From Eledone cirrhosa (Eukaryota), in NCBI GenBank assembly GCA_964016885.1, contig OZ024747.1, forward strand, positions 2,666,001-2,730,000: a DNA stretch of 64,000 bases, written 5' to 3'. The notes beneath the pieces are model-generated. The model had not been told where the DNA came from, did no database searches, and saw only the letters and a program-made list of their open reading frames with translations. Shown here piece after piece: positions 43,782-56,350 of this stretch; within the stretch, counting starts at the first letter, position 1, and every line of letters begins with the position of its first letter. The translations under genes were made by a program, and so were the position numbers.

Positions 43782-44729
43782 TTCTCCTTGCTATGTTAGT
43801 GCTCCTTGTTGAATTACTGTAGCATCTATAAGCTCATTTCCCTTTCTTTGATTCAATAATTTTCATCTTATTGAATTTGAACAAAACTTCTGCACATTAA
43901 ATGTTCTCTTTTGCTTAGTTCAAACATCTTTGCCATCTCTGTGTCTTCTCTGACAATCTAACTCTAACACTCAACTAGTCCATCAACATGGAAATGTGGA
44001 CAATTGTTAATGAATAGAGTGCTTCATCAGTGTAATATAGATTGTCCTCATGTGAATGCTAAACTCAGTAAGGTGGAAAACAAATCACAAACCAAAGCAG
44101 TGAAAATGTAATTGGACAGATATCAATTTCTGTAAGCTGAGACATTTGCCAATTCAACCCCTTGCTACAACAAAACACCCCATCCCCACACATACACACT
44201 CAAGCATATATATATATATGTATATACACACACACACACACACAATATGTGTATGTGTGTATATATACATAGCGGGTAAATTTGCACAGCTAGAGTGATG
44301 GATAAAAAGTGTTTTGATATATTTGTTCCAGCTCTTTGTACTCTGAGTTCAAATCCCACCAGATTCAACTTTACCTTTCATAGGGATCATAAAGAAATAC
44401 CAGGTCTGTGTTAGAGCAGCTTTTAGCCCTTCCAGCTGTCACATCTTTGATGTACTGCTGGGTAAAGTGTGTAGGTATCAAGATAATACATGGACACCTA
44501 GAAAGATTAATGAAAACATGGTACATGCTAATACCAAGTCATTCTTGATTACAGGTGATAGATGTATTATGAAGAAAAACGACAATCATGATGATGATTA
44601 GTGAATATATATATATATATATACGTGTGTGTATATATATATATACGTGTGTGTATATATATATGTAGCCATGGGAGGGGGATCAAGTAATGGGAATTCT
44701 CGAAATCGAAATGCAGCCATCATATATAT

Positions 44730-44776
<47 letters not shown>

Positions 44777-44783
44777 CATACAT

Positions 44784-44832
<49 letters not shown>

Positions 44833-44833
44833 T

Positions 44834-45150
44834 GGAGGCACATTGGCCTTGCAATCAAAAGGTTGTGAGTTCAATTCTCAGACCGGCTGATGTGTTGTTT
44901 CCTTGAGCAAGACACTTTATTTCACATTGCTCCAGTTTACTCACCTGTAGAAATGAGATGATAGGGACTGGGGTCCCTATCATTCCACTGCAAAGTGGTC
45001 GTGGAGGTGCCACGGCAATAAAGCACCCAGCACTCACTGTAAATGAGGTTGGTGTTAGGAAGGGCATCCAGCTGTAGAAATCAAGCCAGAATCAGTTCCC
45101 ATCCCACCCTTGCAAGCAGGGAAAAGCGGACGTAAAATGAACTGATGATG
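44834..45150 (+). mobile_element. Same SINE family, full length
   Basis: GGAGGCACAT head, B box, CCTTGAGCAAGACACTTT, (TGA)n tail. Confidence 0.88.
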
Positions 45151-45186
<36 letters not shown>

Positions 45187-45230
45187 GTATATATATATGT
45201 ATATATATATGTATATATACATATATATAT

Positions 45231-45284
<54 letters not shown>

Positions 45285-45352
45285 TCATCATTTCATTTAT
45301 ATATTATATATATACATATATAAGTTTATATATGTGTGTATGCAAGTACATA

Positions 45353-45414
<62 letters not shown>

Positions 45415-45545
45415 GATAAATCTACCAAGAGTTTACGGTAGTGTCCAATCCGTATGAAGAACTCAATGTATTCCGGATATCATGGAAAGAAGAGATGTAA
45501 TGAAAATCCAATTTCGGTGAAAGATAAACGGTATACAGAGTCAAG

Positions 45546-46521
45546 ATAAAATATTAAACAAATAATGAACAAACAATTCCTTATATTAAACAAAAAAAGT
45601 TCACTATTTAACGATCGTTTCTAGGGCATATATGTGCTATAATTGGTATGCATATTTAACAGATCTATGTACAAAATTATACAAAATTATACAAATTATC
45701 AAGATTAAATATACATACCTAACTCATATATACGCCGTCTTCAGAAATAATGAAGTATATTTATTGATAATAACAACAATTCAAAATATCAGTTCAAAAT
45801 TGACCAATGAAAACACAAAGGGTTAAAAAGCAGTTTGGTGTGTGTATATACATGTAAAACCCTACACACATTTTACAATAATGTGTGTATAATATGTATG
45901 TGCATACTAAAAAGATGGATGCAAATAAAAAATTTCAAGGTTAATATCTCTGTAAGCTTAATGCGCTGATAAGATACGCAATGATACTTATGTAGTCAAG
46001 CATATAAATATATTTTTTTCATACTCACACATATCAGTATAATCACACATACATGTGCGTATATATATAAATATACACATAACCACGAACACACAAACAC
46101 ACACACACCCCCCACTCACATTTATATATGTGGATATAAAATCATAAGCAAATAGAAATTAAGTCACTCACATAAACACACTGGTACACACATTTCAAGA
46201 TCAAGATACAGAAATTAGGTGGGAGGGGGGGGGAGGGGTCAGTATTAGGTTGTCAGACCAGACAGCCTAATATAAATGTATCTATAAATTATGAAAAATA
46301 AAAAAATAAGAACAATAAAATATATTACATAATATAATGTACATACGCATACAGATATACATACACATACGTACATGTACGCGCACATAGAGATATCTAC
46401 ACATACATACATACACACATACCTATACTGTCCTACACACACATACATTTACACGAACATACACATACACATATAAAAAGATAAAAATACGGACACACAC
46501 ACGCGCAACACATACACACAT

Positions 46522-46566
<45 letters not shown>

Positions 46567-46673
46567 TATACACACACACACATAGACTCATATATATATA
46601 CATACACATACATATACTTATACATAAACATATATATCCCACACTCATACCACCATGAAAACACATACAAACA
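45546..46673 (-). repeat. Left arm of 1128-bp inverted repeat
   Basis: Reverse complement of 50012-51139. All mirrored landmarks sum to 96685 (e.g. identical ORFs 45632-45826 and 50859-51053; 46245-46448 and 50237-50440). Confidence 0.97.
45600..45754 (-). ncRNA. Mirror copy of the type I hammerhead ribozyme
   Basis: Reverse complement of 50931-51085 in the left arm. Confidence 0.8.
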
Positions 46674-46727
46674 ACTTCTACTAAAAATACTGAAAACATA
46701 CAGCATAATATTACCAACAAACACCAA

Positions 46728-47699
46728 ATGAAAGGTACACACCTAAATGCCACCCACAGTATACCCCAAAATACTAAATCTTCTAATATAAAGTATAGTA
46801 ACCCTCAAAAAACTACTCATCATAAGACTATAATAAATATTAATAATAAAACTCCTAATAAAAAAGATAAAACACCTAAATCTACAAATATAACTAAAAA
46901 TAGTTGTGGTGAGATCATTAACATTATTCCTCCTAGTAAAAATCATGATACAACATATAAAAATAATAAAAATAATAAACAACATAGAAACCGTAATAGA
47001 CGAGTTACTTGGTATAATGCTCCTTTTAATTTACAAGTTAAGGATAATATTGCTAAAAAATTTTTTTATATCCTTGAGAAAAACTTCCCGCCAAACCACA
47101 AATACCATCAAATCTTAAATAGGTCTACAGTTAAATTCTCATATTCTACAACAAATAACATAAAACAAAATATAAGTGCATATAATGCATATAAATGTAA
47201 GAAAACTATAAGTATACCACCAGTACATCAAATTAACAATAATATCTCCTCAAATACAGAATTAACGAAAGGATGTAACTGTAGAAACAAAACAAACTGC
47301 CCATTAAAAGGGAATTGTCTTGTTAACAACATAGTCTATAAATGTAATGTTAAAACTAAAGATTCTATTTGCTCATATATAGGAGCTACCTCTAACAATT
47401 TTAAGACAAGGTATAATACCCACAAACATAGCTTTAAAAATGCCGCACTGGCTAATACAACATCTCTAGCAGAAAAAATCAATAGTTATAAAAATAAAAA
47501 TATAAAATATGATTTGACCTGGAGTGTGCTCAAAAGAGCCACCCCTTATCAAAATAATAGAAAGGAATGTAGATTATGTTCCCAAGAACTATTTGAAATA
47601 ATGAAGTCTAGTGATATCTTATTAAATAAAAGACAGGAATTAATTATATCGTGTAATCATAAACTAAAAAAAACATTTAAATATTATAAACCTAATTAA
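46728..47699 (+). CDS. GIY-YIG endonuclease region of a Penelope-like element
   Basis: 323-aa ORF with [72 protein letters not shown] and SCNH. The frame is open back to the arm junction at 46674. No YxDD RT core. Confidence 0.9.
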   Translation: MKGTHLNATHSIPQNTKSSNIKYSNPQKTTHHKTIININNKTPNKKDKTPKSTNITKNSCGEIINIIPPSKNHDTTYKNNKNNKQHRNRNRRVTWYNAPFNLQVKDNIAKKFFYILEKNFPPNHKYHQILNRSTVKFSYSTTNNIKQNISAYNAYKCKKTISIPPVHQINNNISSNTELTKGCNCRNKTNCPLKGNCLVNNIVYKCNVKTKDSICSYIGATSNNFKTRYNTHKHSFKNAALANTTSLAEKINSYKNKNIKYDLTWSVLKRATPYQNNRKECRLCSQELFEIMKSSDILLNKRQELIISCNHKLKKTFKYYKPN

Positions 47700-49522
47700 T
47701 AACATTATTCTAGAATTTAATTTAATTTAAATGTTAGTTAACCTATAAATTTAATTTAATTAATATTTTATTACAGATGAGAAAATATTATGTAATCATT
47801 AATTTTGAAAAACCTTTAAATATTACTAATATATATTCAGTAATTTAATTTATAGATTAATTTTAACTTATTTTAACCTTTTATTATAATTTTTTAATTT
47901 AGTTTAACCTTTTATTATAAAATTTTTTTTATTATAATTCTTTTACAGATAAAATATAACAAAATAATATCATGTATCCTATGACGGAGAAAGAATTTTT
48001 AGTATTATTGACCTAATTAATATACATTTTGGAAATATATTTATTATTTGGTTTTAGCTTTAATCAACCTAAAACTTTAATTTTAATTTTAATTTGCTTA
48101 AAATTAGTATCCTTGTACAGACGAATTGCAGAATTTCATGTAATCATAGAATGGGAGGTGTTTTTGGATATATACCTAGTTAATATATTCTGTGCAAATT
48201 TTTTGGAAAAGATATGTATATCTATATGTATATGTATATGTGTGTATTGTATGTGTATCTGTATGTATATTTATGTGACTATATATGTATGTACGTGTGT
48301 ATATATATGTATATATATATATATATATATGTGTATGTATATGTATATGTATGTGTATGTGTATGTATATGTATGTGTATGCGTATTAATTTTGATTTTT
48401 ATTTGCATATAATTATATTATGCTATTGATGAAATACAATATCTGCTTTATGTATTGTATACCTAATTAACATATACTAATTAACATATACTATTGAAAT
48501 AAATATATAATTTTTAACTTAGTTTACATATAATTTATATGCTACTACCGATGTAATACTTTATTTTATTTTTATTTGGGTTTCTTTTCCCTATTATTAA
48601 CTTTAATTTAGTTATAATGTAATTAATAATCTACTACTGTTTGACTTCATAATTCTGCTTCAAATATTATAAACCTAACTAATTTACACCTTGGAAATCA
48701 ATATGTTGACTATCTTTGGTTTAGTTGACATATGATTAATGGTATACTTTTTTATTTTGTGATGCATAGATTTCGTATTTCCTAGCATTGAAAATATGTA
48801 AGAACATACATTGAATTAAGATTTGGAAAATATTATAGGTTTCTTGAAACATATATTTACTTTGATCCCCTTCTCCAAACCCCCCCCTTTCCCCCATACT
48901 ATTATCATCTGTTTTTGTAAGTGTATATGTATGAATATATGGGTAGATGGGTGTCTATATAGTTTTTTTTTTTTGGTATTTATTTCTAGATATAAAAATA
49001 CATATATGAGCATGTAAATATGAATGTAAGATTGAGTGTGTATATATGATTGTACATACATATGTATGTATATGTATGTATATATATGTATTATATATGT
49101 ACGTGTATGTGAATGTGTGGTATATATATGTGTAGGTATATGTATATATGTGTGCGTATGTGTATGCTTGTATATAGGAATATATATGTGTGTATATATG
49201 TATATATGTATATGCGTGTTTGCATGTATGTGTATATGGGTTCTGTATATATTTGTATGTCTCTCTATTTATATGTTTATCTTCGTATCTATGTGATATA
49301 TGTGTGTGTGTGTGCATGTATGCATATGTATGTGTTTGTGTGTGTTTGTATGTGTGTATGTATGTATATGTATGTATTTGCGCACACTCACATACACATA
49401 TATATATATATATATATATATATGTGAGTGTGTATGTGTGTCTGTATGTGTGTGCGTGTGTATATATGTGTATATATATGTATATATATGTGTATGTATG
49501 TGTATGTGTGTGTATATAGATA

Positions 49523-49561
<39 letters not shown>

Positions 49562-49700
49562 ATATAGGTGTCTATGTGTGAATATATGTCTTTATTCGTA
49601 TGTGTGTATTTATATATGTTTATATTTAGGTGTATGTATGTATGTGTATGTATGTATGTATATGTATGTGTATGTATGTATATGTGTATATGTGTGTATA

Positions 49701-49737
<37 letters not shown>

Positions 49738-49958
49738 CTTTATTATTATTGTAATATAACTTATGTGTATATGTGTATAAGTGAGGTTGTGTATGTATAT
49801 ATACTATGTGTATATATAAGGGTAATGAAATGTATATATATATATATATATATATATATGTGCATGTCTGTATTTTATGTGTGTGTGTATATATATATAT
49901 ATATGTGTATGTGTGTATATGTGTATGTATATATGCATATATGTGTACGTGTGTGTAT

Positions 49959-50008
<50 letters not shown>

Positions 50009-50011
50009 GGA

Positions 50012-50118
50012 TGTTTGTATGTGTTTTCATGGTGGTATGAGTGTGGGATATATATGTTTATGTATAAGTATATGTATGTGTATGTATATATATATGAGTC
50101 TATGTGTGTGTGTGTATA

Positions 50119-50163
<45 letters not shown>

Positions 50164-51136
50164 ATGTGTGTATGTGTTGCGCGTGTGTGTGTCCGTATTT
50201 TTATCTTTTTATATGTGTATGTGTATGTTCGTGTAAATGTATGTGTGTGTAGGACAGTATAGGTATGTGTGTATGTATGTATGTGTAGATATCTCTATGT
50301 GCGCGTACATGTACGTATGTGTATGTATATCTGTATGCGTATGTACATTATATTATGTAATATATTTTATTGTTCTTATTTTTTTATTTTTCATAATTTA
50401 TAGATACATTTATATTAGGCTGTCTGGTCTGACAACCTAATACTGACCCCTCCCCCCCCCTCCCACCTAATTTCTGTATCTTGATCTTGAAATGTGTGTA
50501 CCAGTGTGTTTATGTGAGTGACTTAATTTCTATTTGCTTATGATTTTATATCCACATATATAAATGTGAGTGGGGGGTGTGTGTGTGTTTGTGTGTTCGT
50601 GGTTATGTGTATATTTATATATATACGCACATGTATGTGTGATTATACTGATATGTGTGAGTATGAAAAAAATATATTTATATGCTTGACTACATAAGTA
50701 TCATTGCGTATCTTATCAGCGCATTAAGCTTACAGAGATATTAACCTTGAAATTTTTTATTTGCATCCATCTTTTTAGTATGCACATACATATTATACAC
50801 ACATTATTGTAAAATGTGTGTAGGGTTTTACATGTATATACACACACCAAACTGCTTTTTAACCCTTTGTGTTTTCATTGGTCAATTTTGAACTGATATT
50901 TTGAATTGTTGTTATTATCAATAAATATACTTCATTATTTCTGAAGACGGCGTATATATGAGTTAGGTATGTATATTTAATCTTGATAATTTGTATAATT
51001 TTGTATAATTTTGTACATAGATCTGTTAAATATGCATACCAATTATAGCACATATATGCCCTAGAAACGATCGTTAAATAGTGAACTTTTTTTGTTTAAT
51101 ATAAGGAATTGTTTGTTCATTATTTGTTTAATATTT

Positions 51137-51139
<3 letters not shown>
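50012..51139 (+). repeat. Right arm of 1128-bp inverted repeat
   Basis: Reverse complement of 45546-46673; ends directly in (TA)n. Confidence 0.97.
50931..51085 (+). ncRNA. Type I hammerhead ribozyme with extended stem II
   Basis: Stem I TTCATTATTT/AAATAGTGAA; CTGAAGA at 50941-50947; stem II GGCGTATAT/ATATATGCC plus GGTATGTATATTTAA/TTAAATATGCATACC; GAAAC-GATC-GTT with predicted cleavage after 51075. Confidence 0.8.
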
Positions 51140-51167
<28 letters not shown>

Positions 51168-51436
51168 TAATATATATGTTGTATATGATATATATACGTA
51201 TATGTGTATGTGCTTTGTGTGTATCTATGTGTTTGTGTGTGGACGTGTAATTAGTGTATGAATATTATTGTTAGTGTTATTCTGCTTTCATCTATATTTT
51301 GCTAGTGAGCTTAAGAAGGAATTCTGATTCATTCTACAGAACTCATAATAATCTGGTCATGCTTGTGCTATGAATCAACTGTCCATTCTGTAATCAGAGA
51401 AAATGAGACCACATTTAATGTACACATATATATATT

Positions 51437-52047
51437 GATAAACATATACATACTGTCATGATAAACACATACATACTGTCATGATAAACACATACATACT
51501 GTCATGATAAACACATACATACTGTCATGATATACACATACATACTGCCATGATAAACACATACATACTGTCATGATAAACACATACATACTGTCATGAT
51601 AAACACATACATACTGTCATGATAAACACATACATACTGTCATTATATACACATACATACTGTCATGATAAACACATACATACTGTCATGATATACACAT
51701 ACATACTGTCATGATAAACACATACATACTGTCATGATATACACATACATACTGTCATGATAAACACATACATACTGTCATGATAAACACATACATACTG
51801 TCATGATAAACACATACATACTGTCATGATAAACACATACATACTGTCATGATATACACATACATACTGTCATGATAAACACATACATACTGTCATGATA
51901 AACACATACATACTGTCATTATATACACATACATACTGTCATGATAAACACATACATACTGTCATGATAAACACATACATACTGTCATGATAAACACATA
52001 CATACTGTCATTATATACACATACATACTGTCATGATAAACACATAC
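51437..52047. repeat. 23-bp minisatellite, about 26 copies
   Basis: Unit TACTGTCATGATAAACACATACA with variants GATATAC and TTATATAC. Confidence 0.95.
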
Positions 52048-52880
52048 CATACACTTACACATATACATGTATACATACCCATATGCTACAGTTTACATAT
52101 ACACACAAAAATCTATACCTCCATCAATAAGTGCAATAATTTATGAGTTAATATTTTTCCTTCCATTTGACTTCAATTATATCAAAAATACACTTGAGAA
52201 ATGTATGAATGTCACATAATCTCAATATTTTCCCCCTAAAAATGTGTAGTTTACTGTTTTCCTAAGAGATCAATACATCACTTCTGTTTGTACAAAGTCA
52301 ATAAAGCAGACTTTGCATGCAAATGGTTACATATTATATTGCCAAATCTAAGCACTAAACTACATCAGCTCTTTGATAATTTACAGTTGTGAGTTTGATT
52401 CCTGCCAAGATCATCTTAGTGTTTAAGCCCCAACAGTTAATGTAATAAATACTTAGTTAGCCAATAAAAGATTACAGCTGAGCTGGTGTGTTGAGATAAT
52501 AAACCCTACAAACATTCAAAGTCTGGCTTCTGTTGGTCAATAACTACTGGCTAATAACTTGATAATGATAAAAATGAGGGTGTAGGTGAGATTAATTAGT
52601 GTATTTTAGTTTCTGTTATGGACAGATTGAACACATTTACATCTAGATGAGACTTTTGATATCAAATTTAGAATAATAATATCATTCCTATTCCCTTTAA
52701 CATCATCCTTTTTCTCCCCTAAACTTTATCACTCATTATTCCCATAAACATTATGATCCTTACTTTCCTACACATTATCAATCTGACATCTCTAACTACA
52801 GAAAGTAATGATATGAAAATTAGTTTAGCTGATTGAATAGTTTATCAGCATGGTCATACACCAAACAAGATGTCATAAAA

Positions 52881-52932
<52 letters not shown>

Positions 52933-53930
52933 CTCTCACTATTATAAGCAAATGCGTGCCTATGTGTTGGCCACCCCCAATCCATTTAAAGAGGAGAAAG
53001 AATTCCTTGTGCAACAGTGTAACATTGACTCATATTATAATTGTGTTTCTATACTTGTGGTCTAATGGATTAAGGTACCATGCACTCAGAATAAATATAC
53101 ATATGTAGTCATTCACCAGAAGAAGATATTTACATATGAAGAAGACTGATGATGTTACTGGAAGAACATATACATGATTGAGTTAGACTAACATGTGACA
53201 AGAAATTTGAATAATTCCAATCTATTTCCTAATATTCTTCGTATTGTAGTGTATTCATGTTTTTAACTTTACAAATACTTCTATTTTTATTGAAAGACTT
53301 TTGGAAGATATTAGAGTTTAGCATCACCTGCTATGTCTTTCAAGAACAGATATAAGTTCATAATTTGGTTTCTAATATGAATACTGAAGATTATCCAAAA
53401 TAACTTCTCACTACACCTGGGATGGGCAACTGTTTTCGACTAGTCGACCACATAGGATGTGTCTCATCATATGGTGGGCCTCACTATGAAAAATTTCAAG
53501 GCAATTTTGATTAGGCATGCCATTGAGAAAGCCAAACAGGGTGCATGCAGCTCACGACCCACAGTTGTTCATGACTACACTAAACACACGTGGGTTAAGC
53601 AGCATCTTATACAATGGAAAGTGTTGTAGAAATTATGTTCTGTTGGGATTTATCTATTTCATAAAAATATATTGAGTATTTGGTTAAAAAATGGTCTTCT
53701 TTAAATATAAAAGGCATATTTGCATCAAGGTATCTTTTAACTGCTGTAAATTATATATATAATATGACAAATATAAAATATTATATATATGTCATATTGT
53801 CTATATATATATACAATATGTCAAATTCATTCTTTTATTTCTCCGTCCATTTCAATACAGTTACAATGGTATAATGGTATAAACAACATACATAGAGCTT
53901 CTTTCACCTTACCAAAGATAATAGTGAAGT

Positions 53931-54178
<248 letters not shown>

Positions 54179-54203
54179 TATATATATGTAAATATATATA
54201 TAT

Positions 54204-54395
54204 ATAGGAAAAGAGTCAGGACCCCGATGGCTGAGCTCCAGCTGTTTCAACAGCTGCATTCAGATCTAGCTGCCAAAACGGTTGGAGCTCAGCCGTTGGG
54301 GTCCTGACTCTTTTCCTATTACCCACTCTACTACCGTAAGCATTGAGTACTCTGGTGTGTTATGGTCCACCTGGTTTCTTACTACACTTTCTTTG

Positions 54396-54398
<3 letters not shown>
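54204..54398 (+). mobile_element. Small fold-back element, family A
   Basis: Arms 54204-54240 and 54283-54319, same family tail to 54398, (TA)n flanks. Confidence 0.75.
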
Positions 54399-54429
<31 letters not shown>

Positions 54430-54436
<7 letters not shown>

Positions 54437-55618
54437 CACATTTATTTTAAATTTATCAGTTCATATAATTAAATCAACAAAGTATATATTTATTTTATTA
54501 CACAAGCTTATCAAAAGCAAACAAATTGTAGAACTCGGTAGACTCAAACACCTTCTTTATCTGAGGTCCAACAAAAATTCCACCTTTGATTTTGGCCTCA
54601 GATAACTTGGGGAAGAACTCAAGAAGGGACTTAAAAGGGGCTGATTCTTGGTTGAGAGCCTTCACAAACTGCTTCATCAACCCCGACTTAATGTACAGTG
54701 GCAGCATGAGCACAATCCTGGGATCAACCAGTGGCTCCCACATGACGTTCCGGGTCCCAACTACAAATTCTATTCGCTGCTCCCAGTTCTTTCTTTTGTA
54801 GTGGTCAGAGGTGGCTCTGCTGTCCCAAAGGCAGAGGAAGCTTTGGAATTTGATAAAGCCTCCTTGGAGTCCAAGCAGGAAAGCCACCATCTTGAAGTCT
54901 CCAATGATTTCCCAATTGTACTAGTTGTATTGCAGAGCTTCCAAGGGGACTTTCACACTGTAGTAATCTTCCTTCAGGCAGACTGAATGAGCTAGGGGCA
55001 GTGTCGGGAACTTGTTTCCATTGTGGAGGAGGACAGCATTCAAACTTGTGGTGGAGCTGTTTATAAATAGCTGCCACTCCTTGGGCACAAACGGCATCCG
55101 AATAATGTCAAACAGTCCAGGTATGTCATGGCAGAAGCAAAGGCCATCCCTAAGAATGTAAAAGCCTGAGAAAGGTTTGTGTCAACTTCTCTGACTTGTC
55201 ACCTGCACTTCCTCCTTGATCAAGTTCCACTTCTTCATCCTGGAGACGAATGCTTAAAACACAACTTACCCTTTATTCAGGGTGCGAAAATCCAGTATCA
55301 ATAAATCTCTTTAATCCACTTTTTAACAATTTTATACTTTATTGCACTTTTATAATTTTCTTTAGGTATTACTCTTTATTTTATAATTTTAATTTAACCT
55401 GAAACATATAAAAAAAATCATTTAACATAAGCAAATTAAACTTACATACAATGTAAAATCCAGCATAAAAATATTCTAGTGAATAGCTTAGAATTTTTAC
55501 AAACCCAAACTTTTAACTGTTTAATAGCAATTTTTTTTATTTATTTGGGACCTAAGCAACACAAAAAAAGTGATTACAAGCCAGGAACAGAGAAAAAAAA
55601 TGTTTTTGTTACACGGTA
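54430..55618 (-). mobile_element. Decayed DNA transposon, Chapaev3-like (CMC superfamily)
   Basis: EWQLFINSS..AVLLHNGNKFPTLPLAHSV..IIGDFKMVAFLLGLQGG..FLCLWDSRA..PLYIKSGLMKQFVKAL..FPKLSEAKIKGGIFVGPQI with an internal stop; terminus-like (T)ACCGTGTAACAAAAA at about 55618. Family assignment from memory. Confidence 0.75.
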
Positions 55619-55720
55619 TAATTTAATAATATTCAATAGGATTCATATATTTATTAATTAAACTTTATATTAACAAATCACCCAAATAAAAATAAATAAA
55701 TAGTAGTGTGTTGTCTTAAG

Positions 55721-56350
55721 TATGAGTGTAATCTCAACTTGGAGTGTAATCTCCGACTTGAAGATTACATTCCAAGTCGGAGATTACACTTCGAGTCGGA
55801 GATTTTGCAGATTACACTCCAAGTTGGAGATTACACTCCAAGTCGGAGATTACAATCAAAGTTGCAGATTACACTCCAAGCTGCAGACAAGTTGCAGATT
55901 ACAATCCTTGTTGCAGACAAGTTGCAGATTACACTCCAAGTCGCAGATTACACTCCAAACTGCAGATTACACTCCAAGTCGGAGATTACGCTTCAAGTCG
56001 GAGATTACACTCCAAGTCGGAGATTACACTCCAAGTCGGAGATTACACTCCAAGTCGGAGATTACACTCCGACTTGGAGTGTAATCTGCAAAATCTCCGA
56101 CTTGGAGTATAATCTCAAGCTTGGAGTGTAATCTCCAACTTGGATTGTTGTAATCTCAACAAGTCGGATATTACAACAATCAGAGTCGGAAATTTCACTC
56201 CAAGTCGGAGATTACACTCGAAGTCTGAGATTTCACTCCAAGTCGGAGATCCCACTCCAAATTGGAGATTACATTCCAAATCGGAGATTACACTCCAAGT
56301 CGGAGATTATACTCCAAGCTGGAGATTACACTTGGAGATTACACTCCAAG
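55721..56350. repeat. 19-bp satellite in blocks of alternating orientation
   Basis: Unit CCAAGTCGGAGATTACACT; approximate blocks: reverse 55721-55760, forward 55760-56070, reverse 56070-56160, forward 56160-56350. Confidence 0.92.

Larger units (their letters stand above)
45411..51139 (+). mobile_element. Penelope-like element (Naiad-type endonuclease), RT-less or 5'-truncated, with inverted pseudo-LTR arms, inserted in (TA)n
   Basis: GIY-YIG ORF, inverted arms 45546-46673 and 50012-51139, a hammerhead in each arm, a 135-bp tail only on the left arm (45411-45545), and (TA)n on both flanks. Confidence 0.85.

Noticed and set aside
45632-45826. Identical 64-aa ORFs in both arms (also 50859-51053)
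   Set aside because: A by-product of the inverted repeat, antisense to the ribozyme, with no protein features.
46728-47699. Selenocysteine recoding, reported for some Naiad elements
   Set aside because: No in-frame TGA in the retained ORF; the Cys motifs use normal codons.
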